Positions 30,047 through 38,723 of a stretch of 64,000 nt of DNA are shown one piece after another. The notes beneath the pieces were generated by a model, which made no database searches, was not told the DNA's origin, and saw only the letters and a program-made list of their open reading frames with translations. This stretch comes from Candidatus Saccharimonadales bacterium (GTDB taxonomy: Bacteria; Patescibacteriota; Saccharimonadia; Saccharimonadales; UBA4665): NCBI GenBank assembly GCA_050730755.1, contig JBOHNR010000008.1, forward strand, positions 79,968 through 143,967. Direction: 5' to 3'. The first letter of the stretch is position 1; each line of letters starts with the position of its first letter. The position numbers and the translations under genes are program-made.

Positions 30047-31879
30047 TTATTCCACAGTAACCGATTTGGCAAGATTACGAGGTTTATCAACGTCGAAGCC
30101 TTTTTCAAGAGCCATATAATAGGCGAATAATTGCATCGGAATAGTTTGCAAAATTGGCGCTGTTTGTTCAAGGGTTTTCGGTATAAAGATAGTATCATCA
30201 ACTAACTTCTGAATAACTTTATTGCCTTCAGTGGCAATCGCTAGAATTGGTCCTCGGCGGGCTTTGATTTCTTCTATATTAGAATAAATTTTTTGCATTA
30301 AGTCAGAATCTGTCGCAATAGCTAGGGTTGGAAAGTTTTGGTCGATCATGGCAATCGGCCCATGCTTGGTTTCCCCTGAAGCAAAGCCTTCAGCGTGAAT
30401 GTACGAGACTTCCTTTAGTTTAAGTGCTCCTTCTAATGCGCACGGATAACCATATCGTCTACCCATAAATAGAAAATCATGGTACTGGCTGTATTTTTTA
30501 ACTAATCTCTCGATTGTCCCAGCTTGATTTAGTAAAATCTGTGTTTTTCCGGGCAAAGCCTCAATCTCGGTTAGTAGAGGCTTGTATAATTTATGCTTAC
30601 CTCGGCTAAGACCTAAGGCTATTTGCAACAACACAATGACCTGGGCAATAAATGCTTTCGTAGAGGCAACTGCTTGCTCCGGCCCAGCATGGCAATAAAC
30701 ACCGGCATCGGTCATTCTAGCTACAGTTGAGCCGACGACATTGACAACCCCTAGCCGGAGAACTCCGTAATCTTCAACTTTTTTAAGAGCTGCAATCGTA
30801 TCAGCTGTCTCGCCAGACTGCGATATTGCAAGCAGGGCAGTGCCGCGAGAAAAAGGCTCATCGCGATACCGAAACTCGCTAGCAATTTGTACTTCAACTG
30901 GAATGCCGGCTAACTCTTCGATCAGGTATTCACCGACAAGTCCTGCATAATAAGCTGTTCCACAAGCCACAATTACAATCCGCTCAATACGATCTAGTTG
31001 CTTTCCAACCAACTCTAAGCCGCCAAGCTTAAGTGTCCCACTAATGGCATGGACTCGTCCGGCAGTTGCTAATTGTATAATCTGAGGTATTTCGAAAATT
31101 TCTTTGAGCATGAAGTGAGGAAATTGACCGAGACTGGCTTGTGTCACGTCATAATTTAGTAATTCAACTTTGCGGTTAACTGGGCCTTGCTTGTTAAGAT
31201 TCACTAGATGATATGACTTTTTGTTAATTACAACTATTTCGTCGTCCTCAACATAAACTATTTGATTAGTGTGCTTCATTAACGCGTTTGGGTCAGAGGC
31301 AATAAACATTTCGTCTTTGCCAATTCCTAATACTAAGGGGCTCGAAAGCCGAGCCGCAAAAAGTTTATCCGGCTCATAGGTAGTAATAGCAACGATGGAA
31401 TATGCGCCTTTTAAATCCTTAATTGTTGCTTTAAAAGCTTCCTCAAAAGAAGCTGTCTTCTTGTAGTAGTAATCAATAAGTTGGGGAATAACTTCAGTAT
31501 CAGTATCGGTGACAAAGGCATAGCCTTTGTCTGTAAGACGCTTTTTAATGTCCAGATAATTTTCAATGATACCGTTATGGACGACAAAGATGGTTTTGTC
31601 ACTATTCGTGTGAGGGTGGGCATTATTAACCGTTGGTGCCCCGTGAGTAGCCCACCGAGTGTGTCCAATACCGCTGACACTACTACCTAAGTGAGCTGTC
31701 GTTATAAGTTTCTCCAGTTCTTGAACACGGCCCGCCTCTTTTAGGAGGGTAGCTTTATGATCTTTAGTGATAACAGCTAACCCAGCCGAGTCGTACCCAC
31801 GGTACTCAAGTGCTTTGAGCCCGTCGATGATAATTTTTGGAGAAGCTTTAGGGCCAACATAGCCAACAATACCGCACAT
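30047..31879 (-). CDS. glmS: Glutamine--fructose-6-phosphate aminotransferase
   Basis: MCGIVGYVG N-terminal nucleophile, two SIS domains, C-terminal ...DKPRNLAKSVTVE, 610 aa. Confidence 0.95.
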   Translation of the reverse strand: MCGIVGYVGPKASPKIIIDGLKALEYRGYDSAGLAVITKDHKATLLKEAGRVQELEKLITTAHLGSSVSGIGHTRWATHGAPTVNNAHPHTNSDKTIFVVHNGIIENYLDIKKRLTDKGYAFVTDTDTEVIPQLIDYYYKKTASFEEAFKATIKDLKGAYSIVAITTYEPDKLFAARLSSPLVLGIGKDEMFIASDPNALMKHTNQIVYVEDDEIVVINKKSYHLVNLNKQGPVNRKVELLNYDVTQASLGQFPHFMLKEIFEIPQIIQLATAGRVHAISGTLKLGGLELVGKQLDRIERIVIVACGTAYYAGLVGEYLIEELAGIPVEVQIASEFRYRDEPFSRGTALLAISQSGETADTIAALKKVEDYGVLRLGVVNVVGSTVARMTDAGVYCHAGPEQAVASTKAFIAQVIVLLQIALGLSRGKHKLYKPLLTEIEALPGKTQILLNQAGTIERLVKKYSQYHDFLFMGRRYGYPCALEGALKLKEVSYIHAEGFASGETKHGPIAMIDQNFPTLAIATDSDLMQKIYSNIEEIKARRGPILAIATEGNKVIQKLVDDTIFIPKTLEQTAPILQTIPMQLFAYYMALEKGFDVDKPRNLAKSVTVE

Positions 31880-31988
31880 GGTGTTAAAGTATACCAGTTC
31901 TATAGTTATAGTAAATATTATTCATTAAACATTACACTTTATGATAATAATTATTGGAATTATACTTAATTGAATTATTTAAGAATTA

Positions 31989-33155
31989 TTATTTTGGTAG
32001 TTGTTTTTGAGCCTTAAGGCTAGGGCTAGCCATAATTTTTTTAATTAACAAGGACATTCTATTATCAAAATGTTGAGGCGAAAAGTTATCGGTGGAAATT
32101 GAGATAGCTTCACTGTTGAACTTACGATTGGCAAACTGCTTAATAGCTAGAGCTAGACTCTTAGCTGATTGTTCTTCAAAGAATAAGCCTGTCTTATTAG
32201 GCACGACATAATCAAGGGCACCGCCACCCTTGCAGGCAATAACTGGCGTGCCAGCAGCCATGGCTTCAAGAGGTGTAATACCGAAATCATCAATCCCCGG
32301 AAAGAGGAGAGCACTTGCATTACCAAATTCCTCGGCTACCACCTCATCGGACACCTTACCTAGGAAAGTGACTGATGGTCCGGCTAATTTATGGAGCTGT
32401 TTATAATCGGGTCCATTACCTATGACAGTCAAAGGTAGCTTTAGTTGAGTGCAGGTTGATACGGCTAAATCAAATCGTTTGTAAGGGGTCTGACGACCCG
32501 AAATTACAAAGCCGTATCGGTTTCTATTAGTTGACCAAATTTTGAAACGATCAGTCGGGACTGGTGGGTAGATGACAATTGACGAACGGTCGTAGTATTT
32601 ATGGATTTCGGCTCTGGTGTGATTTGAGTTGGCGATGATGAAATCCGGGCGCTGAGCAGCCTTATAGTCCCATCGCCTTAACGGTCCAACTAGAAATTTC
32701 AAGCTACGCCGGGCTAACCAGTTAAAAGCGCCAAAACCGGGATTTTGTAGATATTCGTTATATCGACTCCAGTAATAATGTGTTGGTGCGTGGCAGTAAT
32801 TGATATGTACAGTTGAAGCTGGCGTCTTAATGCCTTTAGCCTCAGCCCCGGAGCTACTAATGATTAGATCGTAACCTTTAAGTCTTAGATGAGTAAACCA
32901 CCAAATACGCAATACCGGAATGTATTTGCGCAACACCGATAACGGCCAGTACTGAAGTATTCCCGTCTTGACTTTACCATCTAACCTCTTGCGCCACTGA
33001 CGGTTGCAATAGGAAGTATAAATTGGAGCATCAGGAAATAACTTGTGCAGTTGCTCAACGACCAACTCAGCACCCCCACCGATCAACCAATCGTGAACAA
33101 TAGCTACTTTGAGCTTTGATTTTGAGCGCGGTTCTTTTGAAACATCATTTACCAT
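31989..33155 (-). CDS. Glycosyltransferase family 4
   Basis: VAIVHDWL N-terminus and FGITPLEAMAAGTPVIA motif. Confidence 0.7.
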   Translation of the reverse strand: MVNDVSKEPRSKSKLKVAIVHDWLIGGGAELVVEQLHKLFPDAPIYTSYCNRQWRKRLDGKVKTGILQYWPLSVLRKYIPVLRIWWFTHLRLKGYDLIISSSGAEAKGIKTPASTVHINYCHAPTHYYWSRYNEYLQNPGFGAFNWLARRSLKFLVGPLRRWDYKAAQRPDFIIANSNHTRAEIHKYYDRSSIVIYPPVPTDRFKIWSTNRNRYGFVISGRQTPYKRFDLAVSTCTQLKLPLTVIGNGPDYKQLHKLAGPSVTFLGKVSDEVVAEEFGNASALLFPGIDDFGITPLEAMAAGTPVIACKGGGALDYVVPNKTGLFFEEQSAKSLALAIKQFANRKFNSEAISISTDNFSPQHFDNRMSLLIKKIMASPSLKAQKQLPK

Positions 33156-33234
33156 GTCATATATCCTGCAATTCTAGATAAGTACTTGGTCCAGACAATA
33201 ACAGCAGTGTTCAAGTTTCGCTTTCGCATAACGT

Positions 33235-34668
33235 TTACTGGGCGCCTTTTCGAGAGACGACCGCGCTGACTGTTTTGAATAGTATGACAAGATCTAGCCA
33301 AAAACTCCAATTCTGAACATAATATAGATCGAGTTGACGGCGATCTTCAAAACTAATAATGCGTCGACCGGAGACTACTGCCAAACCAGTTAAACCGGTC
33401 TTAACACTTAACATTAGGTTCTTTTTATCATAATTATCGAGCTCAAATGGCTCTAGTGGTCGGGGGCCAACTAAACTCATTTCACCCTTTAAGACGTTTA
33501 GTAGTTGAGGTAGCTCGTCTAGGCTTGTTCGGCGCAAAAATCGGCCAAGTCGAGAAAGCCGCGGATCATCTTCCAAAAAATCACCGTTCTGACGGTAGCG
33601 TTTGGCTAGCTCTGAGCGACCCATCTTGGCAAAACCTTCCTCAGGTGTCATCCGGTGATAGCTATGAAGCTGCGTTCGGAATTTGTAAATTTGAATTATC
33701 TCCCCAAAGCGGCTTAATCTAGCTTGAGTAAATATCGGGTCTCCATGGTCGAACACTATCATTAACAGACTGATGATGGCTATGACTGGTATTGCTATTA
33801 TGAAAAGTAACGTACCAATCACTAAATCAAATATACGTTTAACAACTTTCCCCCAGCCCAGAAGTGCTGTCTGATTAACTGTAATAACTGGTGTTGAACC
33901 TTGGAACAACTCAACCTTAACGTTACCGACAAATAACTCGCTATTACCCGGCACAAAACGGTAAGTAGCATGGTGTTCTTGGGCGTAGGTTAATATCTCA
34001 GTATTTCTACTTTCGTCAACGTAAAGCTCAGTCTGTAAAATGCTGTGAAGATTAGGTTCGGGATGCTCTCTTAAAAATTGAATGAAATTGGCATAAAGCG
34101 CTAAATTGTGATTACCCAAGGCTAGTTTGCCACCAACAACAGCTACTATCTTATAGCCAGAATGTCGAGTATTGGTTAGGGCATTAATCAACTGTCGTGA
34201 CATTTCGGTGTTGCCGACGATCAAAACACGGTTGAGACCAATTGCGTAGCCGAATAACTGGCTGCGTATCAGACGGGCTAAATTTCGATAAACAACTAGA
34301 AAAATAAAAGCTAGCGCAAAGCCATAAATTGGTACTAATTTAGCTGGAAAGAGTGGTTTAACACTAATGAAATCTAGAAAGATAAGGAATGTCAGCCCTA
34401 TGAATGAGCCGACAAATAATCTAGGCAACTCACTAAAACGTCGTTCATAGATGTTGCTGTTATATAACCCGACTAGCGCAAAAACTAGAATCCAGAATGG
34501 CAGTACTAACAAAAATGTATTTATAAATGTGTGCACAGGAATCGGATGATGAACCGGAGAGCTTGATGCCGCTCGTAAACCATAACCGGCTAGAAAAGCA
34601 GCCACCAGCGCTAAAAAATCGCCCACAACCAAAGAGATACTGTAAACTAGCGAAGCGTTATTTTTCAT
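33235..34668 (-). CDS. Polyprenyl-phosphate sugar phosphotransferase (WbaP/CpsE-type initiating enzyme)
   Basis: N-terminal TM bundle plus a Bac_transf domain: KRIFDLV...DELPQLLNVLKGEMSLVGPRP. Confidence 0.8.
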   Translation of the reverse strand: MKNNASLVYSISLVVGDFLALVAAFLAGYGLRAASSSPVHHPIPVHTFINTFLLVLPFWILVFALVGLYNSNIYERRFSELPRLFVGSFIGLTFLIFLDFISVKPLFPAKLVPIYGFALAFIFLVVYRNLARLIRSQLFGYAIGLNRVLIVGNTEMSRQLINALTNTRHSGYKIVAVVGGKLALGNHNLALYANFIQFLREHPEPNLHSILQTELYVDESRNTEILTYAQEHHATYRFVPGNSELFVGNVKVELFQGSTPVITVNQTALLGWGKVVKRIFDLVIGTLLFIIAIPVIAIISLLMIVFDHGDPIFTQARLSRFGEIIQIYKFRTQLHSYHRMTPEEGFAKMGRSELAKRYRQNGDFLEDDPRLSRLGRFLRRTSLDELPQLLNVLKGEMSLVGPRPLEPFELDNYDKKNLMLSVKTGLTGLAVVSGRRIISFEDRRQLDLYYVQNWSFWLDLVILFKTVSAVVSRKGAQ

Positions 34669-34691
34669 GAGCTATACTTAGTGTAACACCT

Positions 34692-36032
34692 ATGTATACC
34701 CAAAAATTTGTTAACTGGATCACATGGTTTATGCCTACTGTAGCACTGTTAATTATTGTGCTTGTCCCGTTTCAGGGTATCTTGACTGTCGGCTTATCAC
34801 AGCTGTTTGGCCACTACACAATTCTTCGTCTTTGGAAAGAATTTTTAATGATACTCCTCGCCATTGGTGCCGTTTACATAGTTGTCAAAAACAAAAAAAT
34901 TCGGACTCAGTTATTCAAATCTAAGCTGACATGGCTAATAGCCACCTTCATTTTTGTAGAGTTACTTTGGGGTATAGTCGCTTACCTAACGCATCAAGTA
35001 AGCACTAAAGCTCTTGGTTACAGTTGGATTAGTGATAACCGCTATTTTATCTTCTTTTTAAATGTCTGGATTATCGCCGCTGCTACACCAAAAATAAAAA
35101 ATAGTTGGCCGAAAATTGTTTTCTGGCCGGCAGCAGTAGTTATTGTTTTCGGCTTATTGCAGTATTTTATATTGCCCTATAACTTTATGACTCATTTTGG
35201 CTATAGCTCAGCCACTATCTTTCCTTACGAAGATATTAACAGTAATATTCATTACATTCGTATTATGTCTACTTTGCGTGGCGCCAATCCGTTGGGCGCC
35301 TACCTGATTGTGGTCTTAAGTTTGGCTATCGTCCTTTGGCGTCAACAAAAAAAATGGTGGTTGGTAGCACTAGCTGGAGCTGGGACTTTAGCTCTAATTT
35401 TTAGCTTTTCTCGGGCGGCTTGGCTTGGCCTTGTTTTAGGTCTTATCACATTATTTTGGATTGGGCTAAAAAGTAGAGGCAAGCGGCAATGGACATTAGT
35501 TGGCTTAGTTGTCTGTCTAATAGTTGCGGTGGTTGTCGGTTTAGGGTTACGAAATAATGCAACTTTTCAAAATATTTTTCTTCACACTCAAACGAGTTCA
35601 GTCGTTCAATCAACCTCAGATCAAGGTCACGTTTCAGATATTCAAAGTGGACTAGGTAATGTCTTGACAGAGCCGCTCGGACGGGGACCGGGCACAGCTG
35701 GTCCGGCATCAGTCTATAATAGTGGGCACCCAGCTCGAATTGCTGAAAATTATTTCATCCAAATCGGTCAAGAAACCGGCTGGATTGGTCTAGCCCTATT
35801 TGTAGCCATTAATCTAGCAGTCGCAGTTGCTCTTTGGCGCCGCCGGGCACATCCTTTAGCATTAGGCTTATTAATTGCTCTGATTGGGATCAGTTTTGCT
35901 AATCTTTTAAGTCCCGCCTGGACTGATGATACGCTGTGCTATTTATGGTGGGGTTTGGCGGCTATTGCTTGCACTATACCGCTTAAGCGACTAAAGCCTG
36001 AAGATTACCGGCGGCGGTCATTAATTGAATAG
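34692..36032 (+). CDS. O-antigen ligase/polymerase-like membrane protein (Wzy_C family)
   Basis: 446 aa, more than 10 TM. FSFSRAAWLGLVLG motif and a large periplasmic-type loop. Confidence 0.65.
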   Translation: MYTQKFVNWITWFMPTVALLIIVLVPFQGILTVGLSQLFGHYTILRLWKEFLMILLAIGAVYIVVKNKKIRTQLFKSKLTWLIATFIFVELLWGIVAYLTHQVSTKALGYSWISDNRYFIFFLNVWIIAAATPKIKNSWPKIVFWPAAVVIVFGLLQYFILPYNFMTHFGYSSATIFPYEDINSNIHYIRIMSTLRGANPLGAYLIVVLSLAIVLWRQQKKWWLVALAGAGTLALIFSFSRAAWLGLVLGLITLFWIGLKSRGKRQWTLVGLVVCLIVAVVVGLGLRNNATFQNIFLHTQTSSVVQSTSDQGHVSDIQSGLGNVLTEPLGRGPGTAGPASVYNSGHPARIAENYFIQIGQETGWIGLALFVAINLAVAVALWRRRAHPLALGLLIALIGISFANLLSPAWTDDTLCYLWWGLAAIACTIPLKRLKPEDYRRRSLIE

Positions 36033-36059
36033 TCGTAAACTGAGTAGTAGGATCTAGGT

Positions 36060-36548
36060 ATGAGCGAGAAACTAACTGATCCCTCAAAAATGCTCAGACC
36101 AACCAAGAAACAACGCCAGCTACTGACATATATTGAGCAGTTTATTACTGAACACGGCTACAGTCCCAGTTATCGGGAGATAATGACCGGGCTTAATTAT
36201 ACTTCCGTGGCAACGGTAGCACTGCATGTTAATAACCTTATATCGCGCGGTCATTTAAAAAAGCGCGGCTACTCAGCTCGTTCTATAGAGTTAACCAACC
36301 AGGTAGGGGAGTTGTTAGTTACGACCAATCAGGTTGAACCGGCCGAAGAAAAATGGCTGGTTCAAAAGGTCGAACACAGTTTCAGACAAGTTGAACAATC
36401 AGGTGGACTCTTCAGTGACAGCCAACTTAATGGTTTATATATTTTAGTCGGAGCCTTGAATGTGCTTGGTCTGGAGGCTGCCGCCCAAAGCTTCCAATCT
36501 CGTCTGAGCGTACTCAAAAAACGCTCTACCGATCGCCGACCAGCTTAG
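36060..36548 (+). CDS. LexA-type winged-helix DNA-binding-domain protein lacking the S24 peptidase domain
   Basis: PTKKQRQLLTYIEQFITEHGYSPSYREIMTGLNYTSVATVALHVNNLISRGHLKK matches the LexA N-terminal domain. The C-terminal 90 aa show no Ser/Lys autoprotease motifs. Confidence 0.55.
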   Translation: MSEKLTDPSKMLRPTKKQRQLLTYIEQFITEHGYSPSYREIMTGLNYTSVATVALHVNNLISRGHLKKRGYSARSIELTNQVGELLVTTNQVEPAEEKWLVQKVEHSFRQVEQSGGLFSDSQLNGLYILVGALNVLGLEAAAQSFQSRLSVLKKRSTDRRPA

Positions 36549-36595
36549 ATTAACCTTAAGGGTTATAATACAAAAGGTAAACAAAAAAAGTATTT

Positions 36596-37267
36596 ATGTA
36601 TCGCTTGGGCCATAGAATTAAACGCCATTATCGGCTGTACATTACCCTTTGCTTGTTGGTTATAGCATTGGTAGTAATCGTATCTATTTTTCAGCACGTT
36701 TTACGCCCTAATACTACTCTCAAACAAGTTGGCTCAAGCAGTAGTTATTACTCAGCTGGCAATACGGCCACTCAATTGATTAGCGAACCAAATTTTACGA
36801 TTGACTTACCGGTCGGTTGGCACAGCGTTCCTGATCCAGGTAGCCCATACAACGTATATAGTTGGCAAGGTACTGGGACTGACGCTGATCGCCACCTTGA
36901 TGTCTATATTAGTGATATACCAACTAACCTGGCGATTAATCATCTGCTACCCGTTCAAGCTGTCGACAACCACATTAATGTGATTGGTAATGCCTCAGAT
37001 AACTGTACGAACTTTACTCCCGCTGCCACGGAAGACGTTTCGGCCGGAACAGCTGCCGCCGAATGGGATGGTGTCAGCTTTATTTGTGATATGGCTAATT
37101 ATGAACGAGATGTCGTGGCAATTGGCTCAGCTGAGGGTGTTAATGATATCACATTGGTTGGAAGTAGTGGCGATCAGCGTCAGGTTTTACTTGTTTATAC
37201 TGACAATAACACGAACCCGGACTACTCTATTTTCAGCTCGATAGTCGAGAGCTTTCACCTGCAATAA
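36596..37267 (+). CDS. Hypothetical membrane-anchored protein
   Basis: N-terminal TM (ITLCLLVIALVVIVSIF). No recognisable motifs. Confidence 0.45.
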   Translation: MYRLGHRIKRHYRLYITLCLLVIALVVIVSIFQHVLRPNTTLKQVGSSSSYYSAGNTATQLISEPNFTIDLPVGWHSVPDPGSPYNVYSWQGTGTDADRHLDVYISDIPTNLAINHLLPVQAVDNHINVIGNASDNCTNFTPAATEDVSAGTAAAEWDGVSFICDMANYERDVVAIGSAEGVNDITLVGSSGDQRQVLLVYTDNNTNPDYSIFSSIVESFHLQ

Positions 37268-37344
37268 ACCGAGCTAACTTCCGCCCAGTTTTTTAGGGCT
37301 TGTTGAATTGGCTAGGGGATTTATGAGTTAAACTTTTAGACAAT

Positions 37345-37695
37345 CTAGTCTTCCAAGGCAGCAGTCGTGTTATTTTGCGCCAAAGCATCTATCGCAATAG
37401 CCCCTATGGCTTTATCAGTCAGTTCAAAACCATTTTTACGAATTGAAACCGCTAATTCTTCGGTTTTTCCGCCTAGAGGGCGAATAACAAACGCCCCAAT
37501 ATTTCTTTCTAATAGACTCTCAACAGGTGTTGAAATTTCATAATCCGCGGAAACACCAGGCGATGAGTGGACCCTAACGCCTGTCAAAGCATCACTATCA
37601 ATTGGAACAATTTCTCGACTAACCTCTACTTTACCAAAACCAGGCAGAAAAGCAGGAGCATCACTGCCGTCATATCCAACCTCTACAGTAGTCAT
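37345..37695 (-). CDS. Hypothetical protein (116 aa)
   Basis: Clean ORF with an ATG start. TATAAT (minus strand, 37704-37709) lies 8 nt upstream of the ATG. No recognisable motifs. Confidence 0.4.
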   Translation of the reverse strand: MTTVEVGYDGSDAPAFLPGFGKVEVSREIVPIDSDALTGVRVHSSPGVSADYEISTPVESLLERNIGAFVIRPLGGKTEELAVSIRKNGFELTDKAIGAIAIDALAQNNTTAALED

Positions 37696-37794
37696 TAATC
37701 AGAATTATAAACATACTACTTTAAAACGCAAGCTTTTTAATTTAGTAGACCTTATTAACTTGCTAAAAGTACTTATTTGTGCTATGGTAGTATA

Positions 37795-38481
37795 ATGCCA
37801 CATAAACAAAATCAGTTTCCGCGCTTGCCAAAAGAAACATCACAGTTATCACAACTATCCCCAAAACCAGAAAAACCGTCTAGATTAAATCAAAAATTTA
37901 AGCGAAAAGTTGCAGCTGGTATAGCAGCTGCCGGACTTTTGATTGGTGCCGGGGCTTACGTTTCAAATACTCAAAATAAAGTTAATTCCCAGAAACAAGA
38001 AATTAGCACACTACATAAAGATCTAAAAGCAAATGTCATAAATGCTCAGGAAGCTGCCTCCGCGGCAGCCGCCTACACTGAAGTGCTTAACAGCGGTTCA
38101 AAGGCTTATGTCCAGATATTGTATGGGAAATTGGACTATATAGGTGCCAAACCGAGTTTAAACTCGATTGAAGCACCGATAGTACTTATTAAAAATGGTA
38201 AATCTCTAACAGGAAGCTGGCTAGGTGCTATAGTCGACGAGCCTATTGGCCGGGTAGTAGTTGAAGCCATACCTTTCCAAGGTGGTCAATACCGGTTTGA
38301 GCCTTATGATCCTCAGAGCGATAATGCCCTTAAAATAGTTGATTTAGAAACTAATTTTGGTAAAACCGGTGTTTATGTAACGGCTATTGAGGGATCTAAT
38401 AGCGATCCATCCCATCAAAAGACTCTAACCAGTCCTGATGGATCGATTTTACAGCCTGGGCTGCAACTAGGCATGAAATAA
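37795..38481 (+). CDS. Hypothetical membrane-anchored protein
   Basis: Start placed at ATG 37795 (the track gives TTG 37777). TTGCTA-17nt-TATGGT promoter ends 6 nt before the ATG. TM AAGIAAAGLLIGAGAYV. Confidence 0.45.
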   Translation: MPHKQNQFPRLPKETSQLSQLSPKPEKPSRLNQKFKRKVAAGIAAAGLLIGAGAYVSNTQNKVNSQKQEISTLHKDLKANVINAQEAASAAAAYTEVLNSGSKAYVQILYGKLDYIGAKPSLNSIEAPIVLIKNGKSLTGSWLGAIVDEPIGRVVVEAIPFQGGQYRFEPYDPQSDNALKIVDLETNFGKTGVYVTAIEGSNSDPSHQKTLTSPDGSILQPGLQLGMK

Positions 38482-38540
38482 GACACGCCTTTTGAAAATG
38501 TTAATTTGATAATATTACTTCTTGTAGACACCTGAGTGTA

Positions 38541-38570
38541 TTTATGGGCGCTGGTCTAGGCTGTTATAAT
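38541..38570 (+). promoter_or_regulatory. Sigma70-like promoter (extended -10 TGTTATAAT) for the riboswitch-led transcript
   Basis: TTTATG (38541-46), 18-nt spacer, TGT-TATAAT (38562-70). The predicted TSS lies a few nt before the aptamer. Confidence 0.4.
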
Positions 38571-38584
38571 ACTAAACGTTAACA

Positions 38585-38715
38585 ATCAAAACCGGAATCA
38601 GGGTGAAATTCCCTGGCTGTGCCGCAACTGTTATAGCCAGATACGGTTAAAGTCTCCCGAGCAGGAGCGGCGAATTGATTAAAAAACCCTGGCTCGGCAA
38701 AAGAGTGAGGGTATT
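38585..38715 (+). promoter_or_regulatory. Candidate cobalamin (B12) riboswitch, compact/variant type
   Basis: Core string AACCGGAATCAGGGTGAAATTCCCTGGCTGTGCCGCAACTGTTATAGCCAGATACGGTT (38590-38648). It contains a CAGGG/CCCTG hairpin with a GUGAAAUU loop, GCCGCAACTGT (consensus CCCGC[AC]ACUGU) and AGCCAGATAC (B12-box-like AGCCAGGAGAC). The closing helix is AACCG/CGGTT. A CCGAGC-AGG/CCT-G-GCTCGG hairpin (38657-38697) and SD GAGGG (38707-11) follow. Confidence 0.55.
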
Positions 38716-38723
38716 TTTTAAAA

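Noticed and set aside
31880-31988. Looked for a glmS ribozyme in the 5' UTR of glmS (minus strand).
   Set aside because: The spacer is only about 109 nt and extremely AT-rich. It lacks the conserved GC-rich core strings of the glmS ribozyme (about 170 nt).
38590-38650. Alternative reading of the GGGTGAAATTCCC motif as an FMN (RFN) riboswitch.
   Set aside because: The RFN-specific strings that should follow (ACCGGCGGT, AGCCCGCGA, GCCGACAGT.AAAGTCTGGATG) are absent. The downstream CCGCAACTGT and AGCCAGATAC fit the cobalamin consensus instead. A tempting TAACA/TGTTA helix was also dropped, because it would cross the AACCG/CGGTT helix.
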